DNA of 32,000 nt from Scytonema hofmannii PCC 7110 (lineage in GTDB: Bacteria > Cyanobacteriota > Cyanobacteriia > Cyanobacteriales > Nostocaceae), in NCBI RefSeq assembly GCF_000346485.2, contig NZ_KQ976354.1, positions 5,780,824 through 5,812,823 of the forward strand, written 5' to 3'. Under the pieces are notes generated by a model, which saw only the letters and a list, made by a program, of their open reading frames with translations, was not told the DNA's origin and did not search any database. Made by a program: the position numbers and the translations under genes. Each line of letters starts with the position of its first letter. The stretch's first letter is position 1. Shown here one piece after another: positions 23,721 through 32,000 of this stretch.

Positions 23721-24887
23721 TTAAAAACACATAGCTTGACGGATTAGATGAACGGCAGACGACAGAATTTCAGCCGCCTGTTCGATTTCTGCACTCGTTG
23801 TAAATTTGCCAATCCCAATCCTTAGCGCTCCTTCAATTAAGTTGGAGGGTAAGCCCAAGGCTTGCAGAACATGAGAAGGTGTTTCTACACCTGATGAGCA
23901 AGCAGCACCTGTAGAAATAGCTAGCTGATGCCGAACTCTGGCTATAACTGCACTATTGGGAACATCAGGTATGGAAATATGGAGATTTCCTGATAAACGA
24001 GAGGATAAATCGCCGTTGACCGCTAAATCGGGAATTTTCTTTAGCAGTAATTTTTGTAATCTATCTCTTTTGATAGCGATCGCTTGTTCATCTTCTGCCA
24101 TTTCCAACTGACGCAGGCGACAAGCTTCTCCCAAGCCAACAATACCGGGAACATTGAGAGTTCCAGAACGCAAGCCCTTCTGATGACCACCACCGAATAA
24201 TATTGGCTTTAAATGATACCCTTTACGGATAACTAAAGCACCAGACCCTTTGGGACCGTAGAGTTTGTGAGCGGAGATTGCTAGATAAGTAATTCCCCAC
24301 TCTTCAAAATTGATAGGAATTTTGCCTACAGCCTGGGAAGCATCGCATAGAAAAGGGACACCATACTTTTGAGCAATTTGCCCAACAGCTTGAATGGGGT
24401 AAACGTTCCCAATTTCGTTATTAGCTGCCATAACGCAAAGTAAAGATAGCCCTGATGCACAAACTTGCTCAAGATATTCCAAGTCAAGCCTCCCTTCGGA
24501 ATCAACTTTCAAGTAAACAATCTCAGCAAGTCCCCGTTTAGCTAAAGCGTGGCAAGTGTCTAAAACTGCTTTGTGTTCAACAGGTAGAACAGCAATTCGG
24601 TGCTTTTTGTTCGCTTGAGAAAGCAGACTGCCTTGAATAACTATATTTATGCTTTCAGTTGCACCAGAAGTAAAAATGACTTGCTTTGGCGATACGCTTA
24701 CTAGTTTACCAACGTGAGAAGCTGATTTTGAAACGGCTTGTTCTGCCTCATTCCCATATTCATGATCTATGCTGCTTGCATTACCAAATGCTGTGGTCAT
24801 GTAATGCAGTATCAATGGTGCGACTCTGAGGTCTACAGGAGTCGTCGCATGATAGTCTAAGTAGATGATGTTACCTTTTCTAGTCAC
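23721..24887 (-). CDS. Class V aminotransferase / cysteine desulfurase (SspA/DndA/IscS-like)
   Basis: IYLDYHATTP, TSGATESIN, the PLP-lysine context SAHKLYGPKG, RSGTLNVPGIVG and the active-site loop STGAACSS. Confidence 0.9.
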   Translation of the reverse strand: MTRKGNIIYLDYHATTPVDLRVAPLILHYMTTAFGNASSIDHEYGNEAEQAVSKSASHVGKLVSVSPKQVIFTSGATESINIVIQGSLLSQANKKHRIAVLPVEHKAVLDTCHALAKRGLAEIVYLKVDSEGRLDLEYLEQVCASGLSLLCVMAANNEIGNVYPIQAVGQIAQKYGVPFLCDASQAVGKIPINFEEWGITYLAISAHKLYGPKGSGALVIRKGYHLKPILFGGGHQKGLRSGTLNVPGIVGLGEACRLRQLEMAEDEQAIAIKRDRLQKLLLKKIPDLAVNGDLSSRLSGNLHISIPDVPNSAVIARVRHQLAISTGAACSSGVETPSHVLQALGLPSNLIEGALRIGIGKFTTSAEIEQAAEILSSAVHLIRQAMCF

Positions 24888-25118
24888 TGGATATTAATAT
24901 AAATTTCTCTACCGGATTTTTGGAATTCATCCATTTTTATCAGAAATTTTGACCTATATATCTATGTGCTTTCTGCTTGATTGCTTCAATAACTGCATAA
25001 CGCCCTGCACTGCTATTGATGTCTTCTTTCTAAAAGAGCTTTTAAGAAAATTCCTCTTAATTTTGTTGACCGATACTGATTGGGAAATGATTGCTAGAGC
25101 AGCAAATTCAACATCTGA

Positions 25119-27383
25119 TTAAGTGAGCCAATCATACATACGATCCCAAAGAATATCACATATACGCTCTGTTCTTTTTTCTACAAAAGCTTTATCCCAT
25201 TTACCAGATGCTCCTAACTGCACAATAGGCACAATATGATGCTTGTGGGATGTCTTTTGCAGTAATTTGATTGTATCTTCGCATAGATTTACTCCATGCT
25301 TTTCCGCTTCTTTCTTTAATTTTTTTAAAATATCAGGATCTGTTTCTGCTAAATGTCGATAGTAAATCCATTTTTCAATCCAACCTTTATTACTAGCAGA
25401 ACTGTTAATTTCTTTAGGAAGAAGAGTCAAATTTCCAATTTGTTCATAATCATCATTTTCATATAACGCTTTATCCCAAATACTATTTCTTGTTTGAGAT
25501 TTAGGCGCTACGTGCTCTATATGCTTAAAATTTTCATCATCCCATTTACTTGGTTCTAAGTACGGGGAAGAGTGTAACATCCCATTTTTCATTAACCCTA
25601 AAGCACTTGGATCTGGAATAGTATCATGTGATGTCACAAAAAGTACAAATCGACAAACTTGTTTAGCATTATCATATCTCAAATATTGAACTGCTTTTTT
25701 CTTCCAGTCATCTTTATTTCCTATTCCTTTATCATCTAGCTTCTTCCTAAAATATTTCCGCAAATTTTCCACCGTTAACTCAGCATTACCTTTTTTCCAT
25801 GACATTTTTTCGTGAAGCAAGTCTCGATATACATCATCAAGACCCGTATTTGGTAATGCTGACCTCCAAATAGTAAAAAAAGCTGCAACTGTTTTACAAG
25901 TGAAAACAAATTCTCGTTCTGAATTGGGTTCGTTGCGTAAAATAAGAGCATAGAAGCGACTCAGAATTGTATTTGCCATCTTATGTCCTGCATCCTGAAG
26001 GTAAAGTAGACAAAGAATAGCTTCCTTTCTCTCTGGTTCTGCTACATTCTGTATTTCAGTTAAAGCACTATAAAGGTTTTTCTTATTGGAGGAATAAATT
26101 AACTTACTACAGTAGTTAGCAGTATCACTCATCCGGCGGACAAATTCTTCTCTAAAGCTGATTTTGTCTTCTTTAATATATTCATCTATTAACCAATTTC
26201 TCTGGGCGCTAAACTGCTTTGATAACTTTTTTCCATCATATGCTAGTGCAAAAAGGTTGAGATATTCATTTGTTCGTTTGTTTTTACTAGAAGCACTTCG
26301 CAAGGTACTCATTAGTTTTTCTACTTGTGTGAAGTATTCTTCTGATTTTGAACCCTGAAATCCATTCCCCTTTGAGTCAACATAATTAACAACCAATGGT
26401 TTGAAGGTTTCTAGAGCTGTAAGGGGAGTCCCCGTTGCATTTAGGGACTGAAACATATCAAATGCCCGAACTTGGGACACTGGTTGGATTAAGGTGAGGC
26501 AGCATCGTTCAAGTAAGAAATAACAAAAGGCAAAAAGCTGTACAAGTGAGCAGACTTTTTCTTGTTCATCAGTCATTGGAGTGTTACGATGCTGAATTAA
26601 ATTAACTAGATCTGGTCGCTGATAACTCCATAAGTCTACTTGATTTACCTTTTCCAGTATGTCCCAAGCTGGAGGAAAGTCTTCTGTACTTAATTTATGT
26701 GCGTTTTCAATTTTATCGAGCCAGAATTTCATGGCTTTCAAATTATCCGCAACGAGCGAGTTTTTTCTCGGATCCGGATATTGATTTGGATTAAGATAAA
26801 TAGCACATATAAAGCTTGCTAGAAATGAAGAAACATCGGATTTATAGTGCTTATTATCATCTCCACTTAATGTCCATCCATCAATTGAACCTCTAATAAG
26901 AATTGGCTTACGATTAGGTTTACCACGCATAAGGTCAACAGAAAATACATCTAAGAGAGTATTTAAATAAGTATTACTTGCTTCCTGTAATTCTTCCATT
27001 TCATCTCTTTCTGGCAATTGTTTTGTAATTTCGCATATTCTTCTGTATAAACAGCAGGCAAGTAAAGTAATAGTTGATAGCCGTTGTTGTCCATCGATAA
27101 CATTATCTATACGAGTAGGAAGAGCACGAGGATCTTGTGGCTTTACATTGTTTTCAACATCATTTTCGGTCACTAGAATGATAGTTCCCATAAAGTGAAG
27201 CGTATCCGCAGAGTCAAGTAGGTCTTTAACACCCGAACAGATATCATCCATCAATTGTTCAATGTTTTCTTCATCCCAGCTATATTCTCGTTGGTATAGA
27301 GGAATATAATATCCAATTCCTGGTCTTCTAAAAAAATATGATACTGATTCACTAACCGTGCTAAACGCTCTTGATATTTCCAT
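25119..27383 (-). CDS. DUF262 + DUF1524 protein, SspE-like phosphorothioation-associated restriction component
   Basis: N-terminal YYIPLYQREYSWDEENIEQL and DGQQRLSTITLL (DUF262). C-terminal HIEHVAPKS ... GNLTLLPKEINSSASNKGW (DUF1524/His-Me finger). The 754-aa size and its position inside a PT operon fit SspE. Confidence 0.75.
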   Translation of the reverse strand: MEISRAFSTVSESVSYFFRRPGIGYYIPLYQREYSWDEENIEQLMDDICSGVKDLLDSADTLHFMGTIILVTENDVENNVKPQDPRALPTRIDNVIDGQQRLSTITLLACCLYRRICEITKQLPERDEMEELQEASNTYLNTLLDVFSVDLMRGKPNRKPILIRGSIDGWTLSGDDNKHYKSDVSSFLASFICAIYLNPNQYPDPRKNSLVADNLKAMKFWLDKIENAHKLSTEDFPPAWDILEKVNQVDLWSYQRPDLVNLIQHRNTPMTDEQEKVCSLVQLFAFCYFLLERCCLTLIQPVSQVRAFDMFQSLNATGTPLTALETFKPLVVNYVDSKGNGFQGSKSEEYFTQVEKLMSTLRSASSKNKRTNEYLNLFALAYDGKKLSKQFSAQRNWLIDEYIKEDKISFREEFVRRMSDTANYCSKLIYSSNKKNLYSALTEIQNVAEPERKEAILCLLYLQDAGHKMANTILSRFYALILRNEPNSEREFVFTCKTVAAFFTIWRSALPNTGLDDVYRDLLHEKMSWKKGNAELTVENLRKYFRKKLDDKGIGNKDDWKKKAVQYLRYDNAKQVCRFVLFVTSHDTIPDPSALGLMKNGMLHSSPYLEPSKWDDENFKHIEHVAPKSQTRNSIWDKALYENDDYEQIGNLTLLPKEINSSASNKGWIEKWIYYRHLAETDPDILKKLKKEAEKHGVNLCEDTIKLLQKTSHKHHIVPIVQLGASGKWDKAFVEKRTERICDILWDRMYDWLT

Positions 27384-27664
27384 TACACCCTCCTATTAAA
27401 GAAATGTCTAATTCATATTTAATGATGTCAATTTGTTAATTATTTATTAGATGAATAACAAGTTATTGAAAATAATAGGCTAAACAACACAAACTCAGAT
27501 TTGAGTGAGTTATCAATTCAGTTAAAAATCGATTAGACATAAAATTATTTTCCTTGAGTTTTCTTAAATTCCCCATAATTAATTCATGTGTCAAATTTTA
27601 ATTTCTAACTTTTCCTTTCTGTATTCATACGTTCTACTTGAAGTCATTTTTCTTATAATAAACC

Positions 27665-29968
27665 CTACGTTTCTTCAACCGTAATACTTAGCAAACGATT
27701 CACGATTTTCTCCGCTTTTGCGAATTCTCCTAAACTCGCATAAATATTTTGCTTGCTCTTTTCGCGTACCTCTGACTCTACAATATCTTGTCTTTGCTGA
27801 ACAGTTTTCTCAATTTCATTTGCGTCTTTACCTTCACCAGTTAACCTAGCATACAGCATTTGAATTTCTTGTTTATATTCATTTGAGTTCAGAGTTTTTT
27901 TGACAGCGGCCTCTATATAATCTGCTCGCAATTTTAAAATGCTATCTATTATATTTGGTAAAGAATTTTTATAGGCTTCTGCTAGCGAAGGAGCGCTATC
28001 TGTGTTTAATTGATTTAATACTGTCTTATAAGCATATTTTGAGTGAATTATTTCTAAAATTGCATATCGGAAGAATATCCATTGTTCTTCATTAAGTTCT
28101 GATATGCTTTGTGAAAGAAGTCCTCGAAGACTCAAGTGATTAGGATCGAATATTCTAGTTCTATCTTCATTTACAAAACCTGTTAAAGTACGATGCTCAA
28201 CATCGGAATTAGAAGAAAAATAGGTATTGAGTGCAGCAATATATAGATTAGTTATAAATTCAATAACTTGGAATCGTCTGTTGTAAGATATTCCCGGTTC
28301 TATTAACAATTCAACAATTGAATGAACAGCCATTAAAAATCCTAGCTGGAAAGCTTGGGTAGACACTGTATCAAAAATCCACTTAGCACGGATAAGCAAC
28401 TCTTTTTGATCAGATTCGCTACCTTCTATCGAAAAAAACTTGTCATAATCAATACTAAAAAGCCTTGCTGCTCTTCGACGTTTTATCTCTTCTTGCCTCA
28501 TAGTAAGAGCAGAAGCCGTTGAGAGAGCATCATCCAGTTGATTGGTGATGTAATCATTACCAGCGCTTTCCTCATTCTGTTGCCTTTCTCGTAGACGCTT
28601 GATATGCTCATCAAAAACGTTTCTTACATTACTGCCTTCAAACAATAAGCTGTAGCATTTGTGTTGAATAGGATTTCCTTTCAATGCTGGGTCTGATAAA
28701 CGAGTGCGTAAAGCTCTCATTTCATAGTTATGTACAGCGAAGGGATGGAATTTGTCAAAAAGTGGAAGTATGACGGCATCTGTTACATCTGCCAAAAGCT
28801 TAACAGCTTCTTGAACTTCATCAGGAGAGTGATATTTACCAGAACGACGAGAAAGTGAAGACCATTTTTGAAGTGTTGTTCCTATTAGAATAGAGGCTGA
28901 ACGTTCTGAGTTTTGTGTCTTTCTACCATCCGTAATATCTTGTGTCTGCTCTAAATTAAAAGCTGCAGGCATACCGAAAGATGCTGCTGCATGCATTTTA
29001 TGTAGAGCCACAGCAGATGTGTATTCAAGCTGACCTACAACAACTTCGGTTTTCCTATGTTGTGCTTCTGAGACTGCATCACCAAATGCAAAAGAATAGA
29101 TTCGGGCAATTGATGCTTCTGACTCGCCACGACCTTTAAGCTTTGACAATGTTTCTCGCATCATCCTTGCTGCCAAGTCTTCGTCATCTAATAAAAGTTC
29201 TCGTGATTTACTAACTGGCTTAGCATTTTTGTTAACAACTAAAAATATTTCTCGACATATTGTTTTTAAATCAATACCCTTATGTTTATATTTCTCGTTA
29301 TTTTCATATAAATCGGGGAAGAAAACTATGCATATTGGTAGTTCTATATTTCTGATTTGAGCTTCTTTTAATGAAAGATGATTGTAAAAAGCAGCATAAC
29401 TATTTCCTGCCCAGCTATCATTAATCTGACGGTGCAAGGCTAAAACTGCCATAGCCCGATGTTGTCCATCCACAATAATGAAAGCTGTTTGCTGTCTGTT
29501 ATATCTAATTACACCAAGAGGACTAATTTGTTCTCCAATTTTTGCTATTTCAAAATCAAATAAATCACCAAAGCTAATTGAAACTTCACTTTGATTAGGT
29601 GGATTAGGATAATAAGATTTAATGCCAGTTTTATCGGTTCTTTTAGGAACTAAAACTGCTAGAATTGGTGGAAAAAATCTAGCAAATGCACCTGAAGCTC
29701 CTAGTAAGTAAGGTATGAGGTCGTGAGCAACACGAGAGTCATCAAGATCGCGTTGTAGAAGTTCATCAAAGGTTAATTCCTCAATATTGAACACTTCACG
29801 CCAAGGAACCATCTGAGAGGCTAAAGCATTCTCCCAGCTACCTTCAGAACCAGGTTTCATCTTTGTTAATAAAAATTGAGCACGTACCTTATTATCATCA
29901 GAGCCAATAGTAAATTCACCGTAAGTTCCGTAAATTGGATCTTTCTGGACTCCAAAACTGAATGACAT
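27665..29968 (-). CDS. Large DGQHR-motif (DndB/ParB-like) protein
   Basis: AFIIVDGQHRAMAVLAL motif ~170 aa from the N-terminus, then a long helical C-terminal region. Its start lies 3 nt from the stop of the upstream 227-aa gene, suggesting translational coupling. Confidence 0.7.
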   Translation of the reverse strand: MSFSFGVQKDPIYGTYGEFTIGSDDNKVRAQFLLTKMKPGSEGSWENALASQMVPWREVFNIEELTFDELLQRDLDDSRVAHDLIPYLLGASGAFARFFPPILAVLVPKRTDKTGIKSYYPNPPNQSEVSISFGDLFDFEIAKIGEQISPLGVIRYNRQQTAFIIVDGQHRAMAVLALHRQINDSWAGNSYAAFYNHLSLKEAQIRNIELPICIVFFPDLYENNEKYKHKGIDLKTICREIFLVVNKNAKPVSKSRELLLDDEDLAARMMRETLSKLKGRGESEASIARIYSFAFGDAVSEAQHRKTEVVVGQLEYTSAVALHKMHAAASFGMPAAFNLEQTQDITDGRKTQNSERSASILIGTTLQKWSSLSRRSGKYHSPDEVQEAVKLLADVTDAVILPLFDKFHPFAVHNYEMRALRTRLSDPALKGNPIQHKCYSLLFEGSNVRNVFDEHIKRLRERQQNEESAGNDYITNQLDDALSTASALTMRQEEIKRRRAARLFSIDYDKFFSIEGSESDQKELLIRAKWIFDTVSTQAFQLGFLMAVHSIVELLIEPGISYNRRFQVIEFITNLYIAALNTYFSSNSDVEHRTLTGFVNEDRTRIFDPNHLSLRGLLSQSISELNEEQWIFFRYAILEIIHSKYAYKTVLNQLNTDSAPSLAEAYKNSLPNIIDSILKLRADYIEAAVKKTLNSNEYKQEIQMLYARLTGEGKDANEIEKTVQQRQDIVESEVREKSKQNIYASLGEFAKAEKIVNRLLSITVEET

Positions 29969-29971
29969 AAA

Positions 29972-30655
29972 TTAGCGCCTCCCGCATATTGGATCTGAGA
30001 CAAGTTGTAAAAGCTTTTCTAAAGCACGTCTAGAAGTAGTATCAAATTCGGTATCATCATTATCTTCACCAATTTCAGCCGGAAGAGAATTAGTAGGAAA
30101 TATATGTACCATTAAGTCTCTTGGAGCTATTCTTCTAACTCTTGCTTCAAGAGGAAATGAATGAGGTATATTTAGCTGCTTCATAGTGGATTTAACACTT
30201 GCATTAGGAAAGATATTCAGGTGTTTACTGATTGAGGAAGTATCATTCCACATCTCATCTAAAGATATATAGTGTTGTAAATAAGCTCTTCGATATAAAT
30301 TCTTTGCTATACCTATATAAATGGGTCTAGTAAAAAAATACAAGGCATTAGATTTAAACAAGTCAATTAGAAAATTTTCAGCGCAAGCTACAACTTCATC
30401 AAGTACTTCTGACGCTATCTGTCTTTGAGATCCATACACAAATTTCAAGGTAGATTTTGATACTAAATGTACACCATAACGCATTTCGATCTCTGTCAGC
30501 ATTTCACTTGGAGTTTCAAGAAAAGATGCAATAGTCTGACTGACAACAAGAGTATCTACCACAAGTGGTCTATAATACCAAGCGTATAAACCTGATACAG
30601 GAGGAATTCGTGCAATCTGCACTCCACCTTGGAACTGCCTTTGCTCTTTTTGCAT
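29972..30655 (-). CDS. 227-aa protein, possible GIY-YIG-like nuclease with a long insertion between the GIY and YIG strands
   Basis: SGLYAWYY near the N-terminus and RPIYIGIAKNLYRRAYLQHY ~85 aa later resemble the GIY ... YIG-x-A-x-N-L-x-x-R motifs. The functional call is weak; the ORF itself is solid. Confidence 0.45.
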   Translation of the reverse strand: MQKEQRQFQGGVQIARIPPVSGLYAWYYRPLVVDTLVVSQTIASFLETPSEMLTEIEMRYGVHLVSKSTLKFVYGSQRQIASEVLDEVVACAENFLIDLFKSNALYFFTRPIYIGIAKNLYRRAYLQHYISLDEMWNDTSSISKHLNIFPNASVKSTMKQLNIPHSFPLEARVRRIAPRDLMVHIFPTNSLPAEIGEDNDDTEFDTTSRRALEKLLQLVSDPICGRR

Positions 30656-30767
30656 CTATTCACCTAAATAATCTCGTAAAATGATTTGATTTTTTATATT
30701 TTGGTTCTTCAGTACTTGTTATGCTAAATTAACAGATACTGAAGAGCCTATATTTTTAGCGTTTAAT

Positions 30768-31565
30768 TCATAAATGACAAGCAAAGCAAGGCTGTTCATC
30801 ATCTTCCTCCTCTAGTATAGAATTTAGCGCTTCTGCTAACGATCTACCGGGAGCAAGTATTTTCTCCCTAGCCATTGCTTTCTCATGCTCAATAATAATT
30901 TCTTCTTTTCTTTCGAGAAGTTCTAATAACGTTTCTCCTTCAGTCCATGTGTAACTCCTACCGTCTTTATGTTCCTGTTCGTATTTTACAGCTTCAGCGA
31001 ATAAGTCTGGATGCTCCTCTGCCAACTTTACCCATTCATACTTCCGTTGGAAAAAGCAGAAGAAACAACCAGATCGACTGCGCCAACGATAGTAATCTGG
31101 CATCCCAATTCCGCTTTCTTCAAGCAAACGAATAATATCTGCCTTTACGAGTCCTCGTTCTTTAAAGGGAAAGATAGGTTTGATATTAGGTTTGGTGGAG
31201 ATATAACCCTCTCGATTTTCGTCAGCCCGAATGCCAATGTAACTTTTAGCCTCATCATCACCTACAAACTTTTCTAGCGGCTCTATTTTCATTTTTTTGG
31301 TACACCATCGCATTTTAGGAGAGGGCAAAAATCCACCATAAATGTCAAGCCAGTGGTCAAATCCACGCTCAGCGCTGAGGTATTCAATTTTTATTCCCAG
31401 CCTAGCTTTGATACGGTCTAGATACTCGTAGGTTTCCTCTAGTTCCTTGTGCGTGTCGCAGAAGAAATATTCCATGTCCGGAATTTCCTTGTGTAGCAAA
31501 ACAGCCAAGGCCGTGCTATCTTTGCCTCCGGATAAACCTAAAATATGTCTTTCTTTCTTACCCAT
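30768..31565 (-). CDS. PAPS-reductase / ATP-pyrophosphatase family protein (SspD/DndC-like)
   Basis: PP-loop LSGGKDSTA at the N-terminus, Cys pairs CFFCFF and CFACH near the C-terminus, operon context. Confidence 0.8.
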   Translation of the reverse strand: MGKKERHILGLSGGKDSTALAVLLHKEIPDMEYFFCDTHKELEETYEYLDRIKARLGIKIEYLSAERGFDHWLDIYGGFLPSPKMRWCTKKMKIEPLEKFVGDDEAKSYIGIRADENREGYISTKPNIKPIFPFKERGLVKADIIRLLEESGIGMPDYYRWRSRSGCFFCFFQRKYEWVKLAEEHPDLFAEAVKYEQEHKDGRSYTWTEGETLLELLERKEEIIIEHEKAMAREKILAPGRSLAEALNSILEEEDDEQPCFACHL

Positions 31566-31587
31566 ACTCTTCTTGCTTTTGCCCTGG

Positions 31588-32000
31588 TCAATGATCGCTG
31601 TTTACTTTTAATTGGTCACTATTAAGTTTATCTCTCCTTGGAGAAAGGTTATCGATTCTTGTTGAGCCTAACACACGTTCAGTCAATTTGGCTACAACAG
31701 CTTGGTGAAATTGCGGGTTGTCAAATTTATTGATAATATCCCACAATTTATCTACCACATCATCAATTTGCGCTTGGTTTTCGTGGTCAAACCAAACCAA
31801 AGAGTGAGTTTCTTGCCCGTCTGGGCGAGTTACTGTAATTTTACGTGCTTCAAATCCCTCATTGCTACGAGTTTGAGCATCTTTCTGTAATGCCTCAAGG
31901 TTTTTGAACCGTCTTGCAATGTCTGACAGCTTAATTTCAAAATTTGTTACATCTTCATCTGTCCAAGAAGTAGCGGGTTTATCAGCAATAATCATCACTA
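31588..32000 (-). CDS. C-terminal end of an upstream operon gene, truncated by the window edge (possibly the SspC-like ATPase)
   Basis: The ORF is open to the window edge, and its stop lies 22 nt before the PAPS-reductase start. The function is guessed from operon context only. Confidence 0.4.
   Translation of the reverse strand, partial: VMIIADKPATSWTDEDVTNFEIKLSDIARRFKNLEALQKDAQTRSNEGFEARKITVTRPDGQETHSLVWFDHENQAQIDDVVDKLWDIINKFDNPQFHQAVVAKLTERVLGSTRIDNLSPRRDKLNSDQLKVNSDH

Noticed and set aside
22189-32000. Possibility that the phosphorothioation cluster is part of the CAST cargo
   Set aside because: The stack of eight direct TnsB-type repeats ends with the Tn7-like terminal TGTACA at 22188, and no such repeats occur further right in the window. 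The cluster is better read as flanking DNA. Full proof needs the left end and the target-site duplication.
1-32000. Search for the tRNA attachment site, other tRNA/rRNA genes, and cas1/cas2 or tnsA
   Set aside because: No tRNA-like T-arm or acceptor pattern, and none of these genes, was recognised by eye. The V-K target is expected beyond the tnsB-proximal end, outside this window.

Overview
Cyanobacterial DNA, rich in the HIP1 octamer GCGATCGC and Nostocales-like in style. All homology statements are made by eye and from memory; no searches were run.

There are two main blocks.

(1) nt 1-22188 is the right-hand ~22 kb of a type V-K CRISPR-associated transposon (CAST). In order it holds:
- the 3' end of tniQ;
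- ~16.7 kb of cargo;
- a small unlisted ribbon-helix-helix (RHH) gene divergent from cas12k;
- cas12k, whose RuvC motif I lacks the catalytic Asp;
- a long tracrRNA;
- a CRISPR array of 16 repeats plus one degenerate repeat;
- a transposon end with 8 direct TnsB-type repeats, terminating in TGTACA at 22188.

The cargo is dominated by NLR-like STAND NTPases:
- a NACHT | WD40 | NACHT-only gene trio;
- an NB-ARC-TPR gene preceded by a separate N-terminal-domain ORF.

Both of these loci are cut exactly at a domain boundary by a single in-frame stop codon. Both carry near-identical 126-bp sensor repeats. The cargo also holds a GmrSD-like DUF262/DUF1524 enzyme, two tandem HTH paralogs, an RHH gene surrounded by phased TGTATYG motifs, an unknown 458-aa + 85-aa operon, gene fragments and MITE-like repeats.

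(2) nt ~22486-32000 (minus strand) is an Ssp-type DNA phosphorothioation cluster. The modification genes are a PAPS-reductase-like SspD, a cysteine desulfurase SspA, a DUF4007 SspB-like gene and a truncated upstream gene. Three candidate effector genes sit between them: a GIY-YIG-like 227-aa protein, a 767-aa DGQHR protein and an SspE-like DUF262/DUF1524 protein. An orphan VapB-like antitoxin is also present. The last ~8 kb has no HIP1 sites and looks AT-rich, suggesting recent foreign origin.

The best candidates for something undescribed are:
- the split, stop-interrupted NLR loci carried by the CAST;
- the RHH/TTGCGC control region in front of cas12k;
- the GIY-YIG-like + DGQHR pair embedded in the phosphorothioation operon.
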